Part shown: piece after piece, positions 1 through 8,791 of the stretch
How the letters are laid out: each line of letters starts with the position of its first letter
Numbering within the stretch: the first letter of the stretch is position 1
Virus record (IMG/VR): IMGVR_UViG_3300008108_005860
DNA length: 64,000 nucleotides
Direction: 5' to 3' (one strand)
DNA from: an uncultured virus (IMG/VR IMGVR_UViG_3300008108_005860)
Taxonomy: Duplodnaviria > Heunggongvirae > Uroviricota > Caudoviricetes
Made by a program: the position numbers and the translations under genes
The notes under the pieces: generated by a model
Database searches by the model: none
Told to the model about the DNA's origin: nothing
Seen by the model: the letters and a program-made list of their open reading frames with translations, nothing else

Positions 1-35
1 AACCTGAATACTGATACTCGTGAAAGGAAAACACA

Positions 36-260
36 ATGAACCAAACTTTAACACAATACGACACCCGCCACGGCGGAGCATATGACCGTGGATCAGCCGA
101 TGCTTACTATCGCAGATCCTACGATCCTCACCTCTTCCAGGGTGATACTTACTCCAGCAATCGTGTGGAACTGAAAGATATGACCGCGGACGAGATCACG
201 GCCTATACAGCAGGCTATCGTGATCAAGAGGAGTCGGGTGATTTCAAGGACTGGGGTTGA
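36..260 (+). CDS. hypothetical phage protein (74 aa)
   Basis: ORF with AAGGA RBS upstream; phage-like small protein (RHGGAYDRGSADAYY); no functional motif. Confidence 0.75.
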   Translation: MNQTLTQYDTRHGGAYDRGSADAYYRRSYDPHLFQGDTYSSNRVELKDMTADEITAYTAGYRDQEESGDFKDWG

Positions 261-287
261 TTAGATTAAAAACAAAGGAGTTAGCAA

Positions 288-449
288 ATGGGATATTTTT
301 CAAACTTGGCTATTGACATCGAAGAGGCTTTGTTCCAAGGTGCCACCGTGGAGCAGATTGCCGAACGGTTCAACTTGTCAGTGCCGGCAGTAAACGCCTA
401 CATCGAGCAATTGGAACAAGCGGATCGCGAGTTCTATGCTCCGGACTGA
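288..449 (+). CDS. small hypothetical protein, possible HTH (53 aa; not in ORF track)
   Basis: AAGGAG RBS at ~275-280, ATG 288, TGA 447-449; GATVEQIAERFNLSVPAVNAYI resembles a helix-turn-helix. Confidence 0.7.
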   Translation: MGYFSNLAIDIEEALFQGATVEQIAERFNLSVPAVNAYIEQLEQADREFYAPD

Positions 450-452
450 ATC

Positions 453-650
453 TTGTTCAATCCCTTGACTCAAAACATCGTGTGGCAGTTGCACACCAAA
501 GATCTTCGCAAGGATATGGCTGCCTGGACGGATCATCGCCTGCGAGATTTTGAGTCAGGATTTAAGAGTCAGACTCATAACATCGCCCGCGCATACCTCG
601 AGGAAGTAGCGCAAGAATGGCAACGACGACAAAGGAAACAAGATGTTTAA
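453..650 (+). CDS. hypothetical protein
   Basis: fills the gap between neighbours and overlaps the next start; TTG start uncertain. Confidence 0.5.
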   Translation: MFNPLTQNIVWQLHTKDLRKDMAAWTDHRLRDFESGFKSQTHNIARAYLEEVAQEWQRRQRKQDV

Positions 651-1344
651 ATTTCAGCATATCGTAAAATATCAGCAGGCCGACGAGCGTATCCGACAGA
701 ATCGTTACGAAAGCCGATATTACAACACGGAAGGCCATTCCCGCGATGGCGATGTGTTGATACGATTTACTGTGGAGAAGTATGCCAGGGAAGAGGATCA
801 GCACAATCAATCTCTGCTGTTGGAACGTGCTAGATCGCTTGGAGCACGGTATCTCATACAAGGTCAGCGTGGTCCACAGATCGTGATTCCAGGCTTTGTT
901 GACGGCACCGCTGATATTTTCAAAGACTACCAAACGAAACTGACCGACACCTGGGAACAAACCGACAATCGATACATGGGATATGCAGATATTCGCAGTT
1001 TCAACAGCAACGGCGCCACGGCTGTGAGTTGTCGTGGATATCGCAAATCATATGGTCATGCCATGCCCGGAACCACAGGCTTCTACGATGTTGCCACCGG
1101 CCGAAAGATCACGGGCAGACAAAACATACTGAAAAGATTATGGGACCTGGGATTCCTAGCCGACCGAGCCGTGGTGTTGTATGCCGCTGACTACAGAGAT
1201 GGATCACCTGCCGATGTGGAAATGTATCAACAAATACGGCCACGTATAAGAACCTTGGCCTGGAACAGTCCTTTGGTCAAAGGATTGGCTACAGGCATGA
1301 ACAAAATCAGCAAAGCCTGCGATTGGCCGCAGGAATTCAAGTGA
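643..1344 (+). CDS. hypothetical protein (233 aa)
   Basis: long ORF with AAGGA RBS; no motif recognised. Confidence 0.75.
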   Translation: MFKFQHIVKYQQADERIRQNRYESRYYNTEGHSRDGDVLIRFTVEKYAREEDQHNQSLLLERARSLGARYLIQGQRGPQIVIPGFVDGTADIFKDYQTKLTDTWEQTDNRYMGYADIRSFNSNGATAVSCRGYRKSYGHAMPGTTGFYDVATGRKITGRQNILKRLWDLGFLADRAVVLYAADYRDGSPADVEMYQQIRPRIRTLAWNSPLVKGLATGMNKISKACDWPQEFK

Positions 1345-1559
1345 TCTCATATCCACGTTTTCGTATTTTCGAAGATGATTTTGGTATACGCAATCTAGGT
1401 TACACCAAAAGTGTAATGCTAACTGATCTTGTTTATTTTGCGGACCAAGAGCAAGAGTTGGATCAATGGTGCCAGGAAAACGGCGCTGTGAGATCTGGCA
1501 TGATCATTGACTTTCCCAGAGAGGCTGTGCTATCATTGTTTATTATTAGGTGGGCTTGA
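1341..1559 (+). CDS. hypothetical protein
   Basis: GTG 1341 overlaps the upstream TGA (GTGA coupling); abuts the next ATG. Confidence 0.6.
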   Translation: MISYPRFRIFEDDFGIRNLGYTKSVMLTDLVYFADQEQELDQWCQENGAVRSGMIIDFPREAVLSLFIIRWA

Positions 1560-1964
1560 ATGACTAAACCTTTGCGTGACGATCTAATGGTACAGCAACA
1601 GATCTCAGGTGCTTGGCAGCACTTTGTGGGAGTGATCATGCTGAACCAAACTGGCAGAAAACCTGTTAAAACGGTATTGCCAGAATTTTTACATCGTTGG
1701 CCCACTCCAGAACAGTTCTTGACCGCACACCATATGACAGTAAAACGTGTGATAAGATCCTTGGGAATGGTCACAGTTAGGTATCGCAGACTGCGCGGCA
1801 TGACCCAGGACTTCTTGACTTGGAACGGTGAAGATGCTACAATGTTATATGGCATCGGCAAATACGGATCAGACTCCTACGAGATTTTCTTTAAAAACAA
1901 TCTCCTCGTTCAGCCCACTGACAAAGAACTACTGCGATATCTACAGCAACATGAGCAAGGATGA
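1560..1964 (+). CDS. MBD4-like HhH-GPD DNA glycosylase
   Basis: W...IMLNQT...FLHRWPTPE...LGM...LYGIGKYGSDSYEIF...VQPTDKEL follows the MBD4 catalytic domain (LHGIGKYGNDSYRIF...VHPEDHKL), including the catalytic Asp. Confidence 0.85.
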   Translation: MTKPLRDDLMVQQQISGAWQHFVGVIMLNQTGRKPVKTVLPEFLHRWPTPEQFLTAHHMTVKRVIRSLGMVTVRYRRLRGMTQDFLTWNGEDATMLYGIGKYGSDSYEIFFKNNLLVQPTDKELLRYLQQHEQG

Positions 1965-2217
1965 ATATTACGCCAATCGAGATGCCAGGCTCAACACAGT
2001 CATGGCCGATGACAGCCAAGCCAGAATGCTGAAAAGTGCTTGGGAACAATGGAATCCAGAAAACCGGCCGCCCAGCAAAATCGAACAAGACAAGTTTAGA
2101 AGTTGGTTGTTAGACACGTATGGTGTGAGATTGACTCGCAATCACCTGGGTTATCAATTGCCATTTGAAATCATAGATGAAAAGAAATATCTACTGTTTA
2201 CATTGAAATTCAAATGA
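1951..2217 (+). CDS. hypothetical protein (MSKDEYY..., 88 aa)
   Basis: ATG 1951 more plausible than 1828; ATGA overlap with the next gene. Confidence 0.6.
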   Translation: MSKDEYYANRDARLNTVMADDSQARMLKSAWEQWNPENRPPSKIEQDKFRSWLLDTYGVRLTRNHLGYQLPFEIIDEKKYLLFTLKFK

Positions 2218-2684
2218 CGGCCGAACATGATACCCTGTTGAAACATCTGCGTGGAGTCCAGCACATAGTTATCAACGACTGCCACGGAGGGTTTGGTCTC
2301 AGTGCCATGGCCATCGAACGCTATCACGACATCATGAATCGGCCCGTCTGGATCGAAACAAATCGTATGTGCAGTTTAGTAAAAACGGTTTGGTTGGTGC
2401 CCTTGGACCAGCGTTTGGAATTGCCGGGACCCAAAGAATGGCAGACCATGACTGATCAAGAAAAACTCAACTATAACGATCGTTACAACAATCAGGTTTG
2501 GTCAGATCGAGATCTGGTCAGAGATGATCCTGTGCTGATACAGGTTGTGAGAGAGTTGGGTACCCGAGCCAACGCACCTGTGGCCAAATTAAAAATAGTA
2601 GAGATTCCAGCCTCGGTAGAATGGCAGATTGAGGAATACGATGGCAAAGAATGGGTAGCCGAGCGACACAGGACTTGGGACTGA
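2214..2684 (+). CDS. hypothetical phage protein
   Basis: IVINxCHGGFGLS...RDDPVLIQVVRELG...LKIVEIP...WQIEEYDGKEWV pattern recalled from phage hypotheticals. Confidence 0.8.
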   Translation: MTAEHDTLLKHLRGVQHIVINDCHGGFGLSAMAIERYHDIMNRPVWIETNRMCSLVKTVWLVPLDQRLELPGPKEWQTMTDQEKLNYNDRYNNQVWSDRDLVRDDPVLIQVVRELGTRANAPVAKLKIVEIPASVEWQIEEYDGKEWVAERHRTWD

Positions 2685-2685
2685 T

Positions 2686-3082
2686 ATGGATGTCATGATC
2701 GATTTAGAAACCTTGGATGTCACGCCCGGCTGCGGCTGCCAAGGAAGAAGCCTTTACTGAACAGGGCCGTATTGCCTTTTACGATGCCATACTGGGCCTG
2801 CAAAAGTTCTGTTGGAACGAGCGTGCGGTATGGGCGCACGGAAGTTGTTTTGATATCATAATCGTTGAAAACGCCATGCGGCAACTGAGTATCAACATTC
2901 CTTGGAACTTTTGGGCAGTGAGAGATACTCGCACACTGTTTGAAGTGGCCAATGTACGCACCGCCGATGATGGACTCAGCACCAGTCACCGCGCAGTAGA
3001 TGATGCGGCCAGACAGGCCTTGACTGTGCAACGAGCATATCAACGACTCAAATTAGTTGACCATAGAGTAAATTTAGCATAA
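2686..3082 (+). pseudogene. DEDDh 3'-5' exonuclease (Rv2179c-like), internally deleted and frameshifted
   Basis: ATG 2686 encodes MDVMIDLETLDV (ExoI DxE) and stops at 2760; the rest (VWAHGSCFD, RDTRT, HRAVDDA) is in another frame; junction is tandem CGGCTG-CGGCTG at 2727-2738. Confidence 0.75.
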
Positions 3083-3085
3083 AAT
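3057..3085 (+). promoter_or_regulatory. sigma70-type promoter for the tRNA
   Basis: TTGACC (3057-3062) - 17 nt - TAAAAT (3080-3085), 9 nt before the tRNA. Confidence 0.7.
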
Positions 3086-3094
3086 ATAGAATAC

Positions 3095-3171
<77 letters not shown>

Positions 3172-3188
3172 ATTTGAAAGGAAGTCCT

Positions 3189-3320
3189 ATGTTAGGCAGA
3201 GGTTTATTAACTTTAGCAGTGGCAGTTGCAGTGGTAGCATTGGTTTTTCACTCAGTTCCAGCAGCCATTACCGCTGGTTTATTAGGTGTCTTTGGCGCCA
3301 CAGCCAAGGGCTTAGAATAA
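3189..3320 (+). CDS. small membrane protein (43 aa)
   Basis: AAGGA RBS, ATG 3189, hydrophobic LLTLAVAVAVVALVF. Confidence 0.65.
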   Translation: MLGRGLLTLAVAVAVVALVFHSVPAAITAGLLGVFGATAKGLE

Positions 3321-3329
3321 GGATACATC

Positions 3330-3584
3330 ATGGCCGAAGGTCGCACCTCAGAAGTAGCAGTAGAAAAAATTGGCAGCAGATACGATCTAGTGTTGGCTGC
3401 TAGCCAGCGTGCCAGAGAACTAAGTCGTGGCGATGCCAGCAGACTAGAAAATCGTGATCTGCACACACCATTGGTACAGGCCATCAGAGAGATTGAAGCG
3501 GGCTTGATTGGTAGAGAGTATGTAGTCAAAAGCGAGCGCACGTTGTACCAGCGTCCGCGCCAAAGCAATCCCCGAGGAAAATAA
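3330..3584 (+). CDS. rpoZ: RNA polymerase omega subunit homologue
   Basis: AVEKIGSRYDLVLAASQRAREL...VQAIREIEAGLI closely parallels proteobacterial omega ([21 protein letters not shown]...ALREIEEGLI). Confidence 0.9.
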   Translation: MAEGRTSEVAVEKIGSRYDLVLAASQRARELSRGDASRLENRDLHTPLVQAIREIEAGLIGREYVVKSERTLYQRPRQSNPRGK

Positions 3585-3585
3585 A

Positions 3586-4470
3586 ATGACACCACAGAAA
3601 CGAGCCAAGTTTATAACAAAATGGATCAAGGATTACACCAAGCGACACAAGATTGACAAACTGGTGGTAGGTATCTCCGGTGGTATTGATTCAGCGGTGG
3701 TATCAACCTTGTGCGCCGAAACCGGAGTAGATACCATAGTGGTATCCATGCCCATACATCAGCGCCCTGAACAACACTATCTGTCAGACAATCACGGCAA
3801 ATGGCTGCAGGGCCGTTACAAAAACGTCACACACGTGACTGTGGATCTAACCAAGACCTTTGATGCTTTCAAAGATAACTTCAAAGTCCTGCCCAATCTA
3901 TTGGCCTTGGCCAACAGCCGTAGCCGACTGCGCATGGCCTGTTTGTATCAGATAGCGCAAAGCCACGCAGGTATCGTAGTAGGAACCGGCAACCGGGTGG
4001 AGGACTTTGGCGTAGGCTTCTATACCAAGTACGGCGACGGCGGTGTAGACATTTCGCCCATTGGCGATTGCATGAAAACCGAAGTATGGGACATGGGCCG
4101 TGCGTTAGGAGTGGACGAAGACATTATTAATGCCGCACCCACTGACGGACTCTGGGACGATGGCCGCACAGATCAGGATCAACTCAAGGGCATTTCCTAT
4201 CCTGAACTGGAACGTGCCATGATGCAGGACACCACAGGCACCAAACCTGAAGGCAAGCGCGAGCGTGAAGTGTTGAAACGGTATCGAGAGATCCGATCCA
4301 AGACACAGCACAAGATGCAGCCTATACCTGTGTGCATGATGCCTGCGGAAGAAATCGTGTACAAAAAACCCGCGAAAAAAGCAGCCAAGAAAACTGCCAA
4401 GAAAACAGCAAAATCTTCTCGAAAATCAGAGAAAACAGCTGGTTTTCCCAACATTGTCCTGGTAAAATAA
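3586..4470 (+). CDS. nadE: NH3-dependent NAD+ synthetase with Lys/Ala-rich C-terminal tail
   Basis: GISGGIDSAV PP-loop, NxxSRLRM, GTGN, GFYTKYGDGGVDISPIGD, PTDGLW. Confidence 0.93.
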   Translation: MTPQKRAKFITKWIKDYTKRHKIDKLVVGISGGIDSAVVSTLCAETGVDTIVVSMPIHQRPEQHYLSDNHGKWLQGRYKNVTHVTVDLTKTFDAFKDNFKVLPNLLALANSRSRLRMACLYQIAQSHAGIVVGTGNRVEDFGVGFYTKYGDGGVDISPIGDCMKTEVWDMGRALGVDEDIINAAPTDGLWDDGRTDQDQLKGISYPELERAMMQDTTGTKPEGKREREVLKRYREIRSKTQHKMQPIPVCMMPAEEIVYKKPAKKAAKKTAKKTAKSSRKSEKTAGFPNIVLVK

Positions 4471-4480
4471 TAGCTCCAGA

Positions 4481-4513
4481 TTATTTTAGGTCCTTCAGGG
4501 CCTAAAATAAGTA
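4481..4513 (+). promoter_or_regulatory. 13-bp hairpin overlapping a TAAGTA late-promoter-like motif
   Basis: TTATTTTAGGTCC-TTCA-GGGCCTAAAATAA inverted repeat (one G-T pair); TAAGTA at 4508-4513. Confidence 0.5.
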
Positions 4514-4537
4514 TCACTACTACTATCAGGAAATTTT

Positions 4538-5308
4538 ATGGCTACCAAAAATTATGTTGTTTGCGCTCACCGTCGTATCAATAGCACCAAGTGGGTATGG
4601 AAAGACACTGCTGCCGAAGGCGACATCTATCAGACCTACCGCGAAATGTGCCGTCACAGTCTGTCCAGTCTCAGACACTTTTTAAAAGGCAAATGGGAGT
4701 ATATCCTGTTTGACGAAGAGATTGACAACATCAATGAAGCCATGCCGTTGAACAATGATCGTATCTATGAACTATGGCATAAAGAACCTTGTAACATCTT
4801 GTGGGTAGGCCCAGATGTACAAGCCATTGACGATGTAGAGATCTTTGGAAAGTTCAAAGAATTCCGTTTGTTCAATTGGACTGACCCCAAGTCTTGGTCA
4901 GAACCAAATCAGTACAACAAGTCATTTGAGAACCTGTTCAACAACGATCTGCAGTATTATCCCAGCACCATGGATCCCGAACTGTGGAAGATCGAGAGAG
5001 AAATGCGTGGTCAGTGGGATGACAGTGATGGAATGAGCAGCTACAATAATCAGCAGATCATACACAACACCATGTTTTGGAACCAAGGTTTGGAATGGGC
5101 AGATGCCCACCGTCCTTACTTATTCTATCAAGCACAATGGTTGCCCACTTGGCGTACTCAGCAAGAACAGGATCAGTGGAATACCTGTGCCATGGAGGAT
5201 GCCAAAATTGTTCATTGGCACAGCAGCCGTCACAGTCCTACCAAGTTGGCCTGTATGCAGAAATTTACCAATCTCTTGGAAATTCCCCTGGTTGATGATC
5301 TCAAATGA
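4538..5308 (+). CDS. hypothetical protein, possible GT-A-type sugar transferase
   Basis: first gene of the sugar operon; NILWVGPDVQ at a DxD-like position; late KIVHWHSSR resembles the GT8-like His motif. Confidence 0.45.
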   Translation: MATKNYVVCAHRRINSTKWVWKDTAAEGDIYQTYREMCRHSLSSLRHFLKGKWEYILFDEEIDNINEAMPLNNDRIYELWHKEPCNILWVGPDVQAIDDVEIFGKFKEFRLFNWTDPKSWSEPNQYNKSFENLFNNDLQYYPSTMDPELWKIEREMRGQWDDSDGMSSYNNQQIIHNTMFWNQGLEWADAHRPYLFYQAQWLPTWRTQQEQDQWNTCAMEDAKIVHWHSSRHSPTKLACMQKFTNLLEIPLVDDLK

Positions 5309-6318
5309 GAGTATGTGACTGGATAGCCCAATTCCTATACGATCGTGGAGTAACATATGTACACGGTCTCATGGGAGGTGGTGCTGCCGGTCTCAACGAT
5401 GGCTTTATCAAGAACGGCAAAATCAAGTACATCTGCTATCATCACGAGCAAGGTGCCGGACACGCTGCCATTGGCGAAAGCAAGATCACTGGAAAAATAT
5501 CTGTAGTGAATCCCACAACCGGTTGTGCCGGAACCAACTGTGCCACCAGTGTGCTGAATGCTTGGCAAGATTCTGTGCCTGTGCTATTTCTTTCGGGAAA
5601 TGTGAGACTAGACACTTGCTCGGGTTGGATCAACGACACCAAAAACATCCATATCCGCAAGTACGGTATCCAAGAACATCATGTGGTAGATACCTATCAA
5701 TCAATGACCAAGATGAGTCATTTTATTACCGATGCTAGAGATGTACCTATCACACTAGAATATGCTTGGCACCTCATGACTGCTGACAGACCTGGACCTG
5801 TTTGGATAGACATACCAGGTAATATACAAACCATGGCCATGCCCGATGATCCAAGACACTACACAGGTCCTGTGCCAACTGAACCCTTGCAGTATGATTT
5901 TGATGCTGTTCGTGGAGCACTGGCTGTGGCAGAACGTCCCATAGTCTTGGCTGGCTATGGCGTAAGACAAAGTGGAACTGTTGATCAATTTTTACAATTT
6001 GTAGAAAAATATCAAATCCCTTATGTGGGAACCTACGGTGCCAGAGATTATGCCGAACACTCACACCCGTTGAACATTGGCACAGTGGGTCAGCGCGGCA
6101 GTCGGGCAGGAAACTTTGCTATGCAAAACGCAGATCTGTTACTGATCCTGGGGTCCAGTTTAAACGCCAGTGTTATAGGCTATGATCCTCGGCAGTTTAG
6201 TCCCGTGAGTTTTAAAATCGCAGTAGATATCGACGGCAATGAATTGGCCAAAGACATAGTCCACGTAGATGTAAATCTGCAGATGGATCTAGGAGATTTC
6301 TTTCGAGGTATGCTATGA
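5305..6318 (+). CDS. ThDP-dependent enzyme, N-terminal half (acetolactate-synthase/YerE-like)
   Basis: HHEQGAGHAA, RPGPVWIDIP, ERPIVLAGYG, MQNADLLLILGSSL. Confidence 0.88.
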   Translation: MRVCDWIAQFLYDRGVTYVHGLMGGGAAGLNDGFIKNGKIKYICYHHEQGAGHAAIGESKITGKISVVNPTTGCAGTNCATSVLNAWQDSVPVLFLSGNVRLDTCSGWINDTKNIHIRKYGIQEHHVVDTYQSMTKMSHFITDARDVPITLEYAWHLMTADRPGPVWIDIPGNIQTMAMPDDPRHYTGPVPTEPLQYDFDAVRGALAVAERPIVLAGYGVRQSGTVDQFLQFVEKYQIPYVGTYGARDYAEHSHPLNIGTVGQRGSRAGNFAMQNADLLLILGSSLNASVIGYDPRQFSPVSFKIAVDIDGNELAKDIVHVDVNLQMDLGDFFRGML

Positions 6319-7052
6319 CAAGACAGCAATGGATTGAGCGCTGCCAGCACTGGAAACATAAATGGCCAGTCATGCAAGATCAATTTAGAGATGACAGCAA
6401 TGGATTGAATCTTTATGCTGTGTTGGATGCTGTGAATCAGCACAGTTCGTCCGATCAGGTCTTGATGGGCGATGCTGGCAGCATCAGTTACACAGGACCA
6501 GTGGCACTCAATCCCAAATCAGGACAGCGCATGGTGTTTAGTCCGGCGCAGGCTGACATGGGCTGGGCATTGCCTGCTGCCATTGGAGTTGCCATTGCCA
6601 GCAACCAGCCAGTGATCAGCATCATTGGCGATGGCAGTTTCATGAGCAACATACAAGAGTTGGCTGTGGCCAGAGAGTATGAGTTAAACATCGCTTTTGT
6701 TATTTTGAACAATCGTGGATATCTCAGCATCAAGAACACGCAACAGAAATACTTCCAAGGTCGTGTGTATGGCACCAGTAGTGATACCGGTCTGTGGTTT
6801 CCTGACTTTGATCGCATCGCACAGGCCTTTGAACTCAACTATTACCGCGCAGAAACACAACAAGACCTTGACCATTTCAAGGCCTGGTTTGGTGTGCCAG
6901 GTCCTAAGATCATTGACTGCATCTGCACCACAGAACAAGAGATACAGCCCAGCCAGGCCTTAAAAGACGGCAAGCAAGCAGGTTTGCACGATATGGCTCC
7001 ATTCTTAAGCGATGAAGAATTGGCTCAGGAGATGATAGCGGAGATATCGTGA
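6315..7052 (+). CDS. ThDP-dependent enzyme, C-terminal ThDP-binding half
   Basis: MGWALPAAIG, GDGSF...NN ThDP motif; ATGA overlap with the N-terminal half. Confidence 0.88.
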   Translation: MTRQQWIERCQHWKHKWPVMQDQFRDDSNGLNLYAVLDAVNQHSSSDQVLMGDAGSISYTGPVALNPKSGQRMVFSPAQADMGWALPAAIGVAIASNQPVISIIGDGSFMSNIQELAVAREYELNIAFVILNNRGYLSIKNTQQKYFQGRVYGTSSDTGLWFPDFDRIAQAFELNYYRAETQQDLDHFKAWFGVPGPKIIDCICTTEQEIQPSQALKDGKQAGLHDMAPFLSDEELAQEMIAEIS

Positions 7053-7846
7053 AAGTAGCAGTACTAGGAGCCAGCGGCTTTCTAGGCAGCTACATCTGTC
7101 TCAATCTACGCAATCACGTTGTCTACCCTGTATCTAGAAGCACCGTAACCTTGACTGACTATACCAGCGTCAGTGATTGGATAGATCTTTATCAGCCCGA
7201 TGTTGTAGTCAATTGTGCCACTGCTGGTGGCAAGACTCGCCTGGGCGATTGCAACTATCAAGATCTACAAAACAATCTCGCTATCTTTTTAAACTTCTAC
7301 AATCTCAGGCATAGATTCAGCAAGTTCATAAACATAGGTTCTGGGGCAGAGTTTGACAAGTCCAAATCCATTGATCGCGCTCGGGAGTCTGAAATCTTGA
7401 CAAGTGCTCCACAAGACAGTTATTCCTTGAGCAAAAATATCATTGCTAGAACCTGCCAGATGGTTGACAATTTTTACACCATACGACTGTTTGGTGTGTT
7501 TGACAGCACAGAGCCAGACTTTAGATTACTCAAAAGGTGCCTTCAACAGACAGAGATCACGGTGCAGAACGCAGAGTTTGACATGATCTCAGCCAGTGAT
7601 TTCCTGCGTGTGTTGCGCTACTACATTGAGAACGATAATTTACCGCAGGATATCAACTGCGTGTATCAGCACAAACACGATCTAGAAAGTATTGTCAGGC
7701 GTTTTGCCAGCATACATAATAATAAACTGCGCATAGAAGTGCAGATACCTGCGGATCCAAAAAACTACACCGGCGATGGTCGTGCATTGGCCGAGATGGG
7801 CATTGATCTAGCGGGCCTAGATCAAGGATTGGAACTGTATCAATGA
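7049..7846 (+). CDS. NAD-dependent epimerase/reductase (extended SDR)
   Basis: GASGFLG Rossmann motif, GSGAE, YSLSK catalytic motif. Confidence 0.85.
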   Translation: MKVAVLGASGFLGSYICLNLRNHVVYPVSRSTVTLTDYTSVSDWIDLYQPDVVVNCATAGGKTRLGDCNYQDLQNNLAIFLNFYNLRHRFSKFINIGSGAEFDKSKSIDRARESEILTSAPQDSYSLSKNIIARTCQMVDNFYTIRLFGVFDSTEPDFRLLKRCLQQTEITVQNAEFDMISASDFLRVLRYYIENDNLPQDINCVYQHKHDLESIVRRFASIHNNKLRIEVQIPADPKNYTGDGRALAEMGIDLAGLDQGLELYQ

Positions 7847-8790
7847 GAAAAAGAGTTGTGTACGTCACAGGATGTTTGGGCTTCATTGGCTATCATGTCA
7901 CACAGGCCTGCTTGAATCGTGGCTGGTATGTCTTGGGTGTGGACAAAGGTACTTACTGTGCCAATTGGAATCTGTTGGCCAATCTTGAACGCCATCAAAA
8001 TTTCAAATTCATTGCCAGTGACATCAACGATCTAGAGCGTTTGGTAGATTGCGATTATGTTATCAACACTGCTGCAGAGACTCACGTGGACAACAGCATT
8101 GTATCTAGCAAAGTGTTTCTAGAGTCCAACATCAACGGTGTGCATCATCTGCTGGAACTGATCAGACAGAAAAGTCTGTTCACCATGCCTGTGATGCTGC
8201 ATTTTAGCACAGATGAAGTGTACGGCGACATTGAAGTTGGCGCACATTCTGAGTCAGATCTGTTGAAACCCAGCAATCCTTATTCGGCCACCAAGGCAGC
8301 TGCTGATCACTTGGTCACAAGTTATGGCAGGACCTATGGTGTTCCTTACATCATTCTACGGCCTACCAACAATTATGGTATTGGACAGTATGTGGAAAAA
8401 CTCATTCCCAAAAGTGTCAAGTATCTTTCATTGGGTCGTTGCATCGATATACATCAAAACGGCACTCCACGCCGTACCTGGTTGCACGTTTCGGACACTG
8501 CCAATGCTGTGTTGACCGTAATTGATGCCGGAGTCAAAAATGAAATATACAATATTTCTGGTAACCACGAGTGTGCCAACATCGAAGTTATCAACAAGAT
8601 AGTGACCCAAATCAAAGGCACCAGCAACAACATAGAACAATACCTCGAGCACATGACCAGACCCGGTCAGGATGTTCGTTATGCCATAGATGACACCAAA
8701 CTGCAGACTCTGGGTTGGCGTGCCACTGCACTATTTGACAACGAGTTAACAAATATAGTAAAATATTATCAAGATAACTTTGTTTGGTAA
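7843..8790 (+). CDS. rfbB: NDP-glucose 4,6-dehydratase (RmlB/RfbB-like)
   Basis: TGCLGFIG, AAETHVDNSI, STDEVYG, PSNPYSATKAA, NNYG, RPGQDVRYAID. Confidence 0.88.
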   Translation: MRKRVVYVTGCLGFIGYHVTQACLNRGWYVLGVDKGTYCANWNLLANLERHQNFKFIASDINDLERLVDCDYVINTAAETHVDNSIVSSKVFLESNINGVHHLLELIRQKSLFTMPVMLHFSTDEVYGDIEVGAHSESDLLKPSNPYSATKAAADHLVTSYGRTYGVPYIILRPTNNYGIGQYVEKLIPKSVKYLSLGRCIDIHQNGTPRRTWLHVSDTANAVLTVIDAGVKNEIYNISGNHECANIEVINKIVTQIKGTSNNIEQYLEHMTRPGQDVRYAIDDTKLQTLGWRATALFDNELTNIVKYYQDNFVW

Positions 8791-8791
8791 A

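Noticed and set aside
4481..4510. Hairpin as an intrinsic terminator
   Set aside because: No U-tract follows the stem on either strand
5305..7052. ilvB-type branched-chain amino acid biosynthesis
   Set aside because: No ilvN, ilvC or ilvD nearby; flanked entirely by nucleotide-sugar genes
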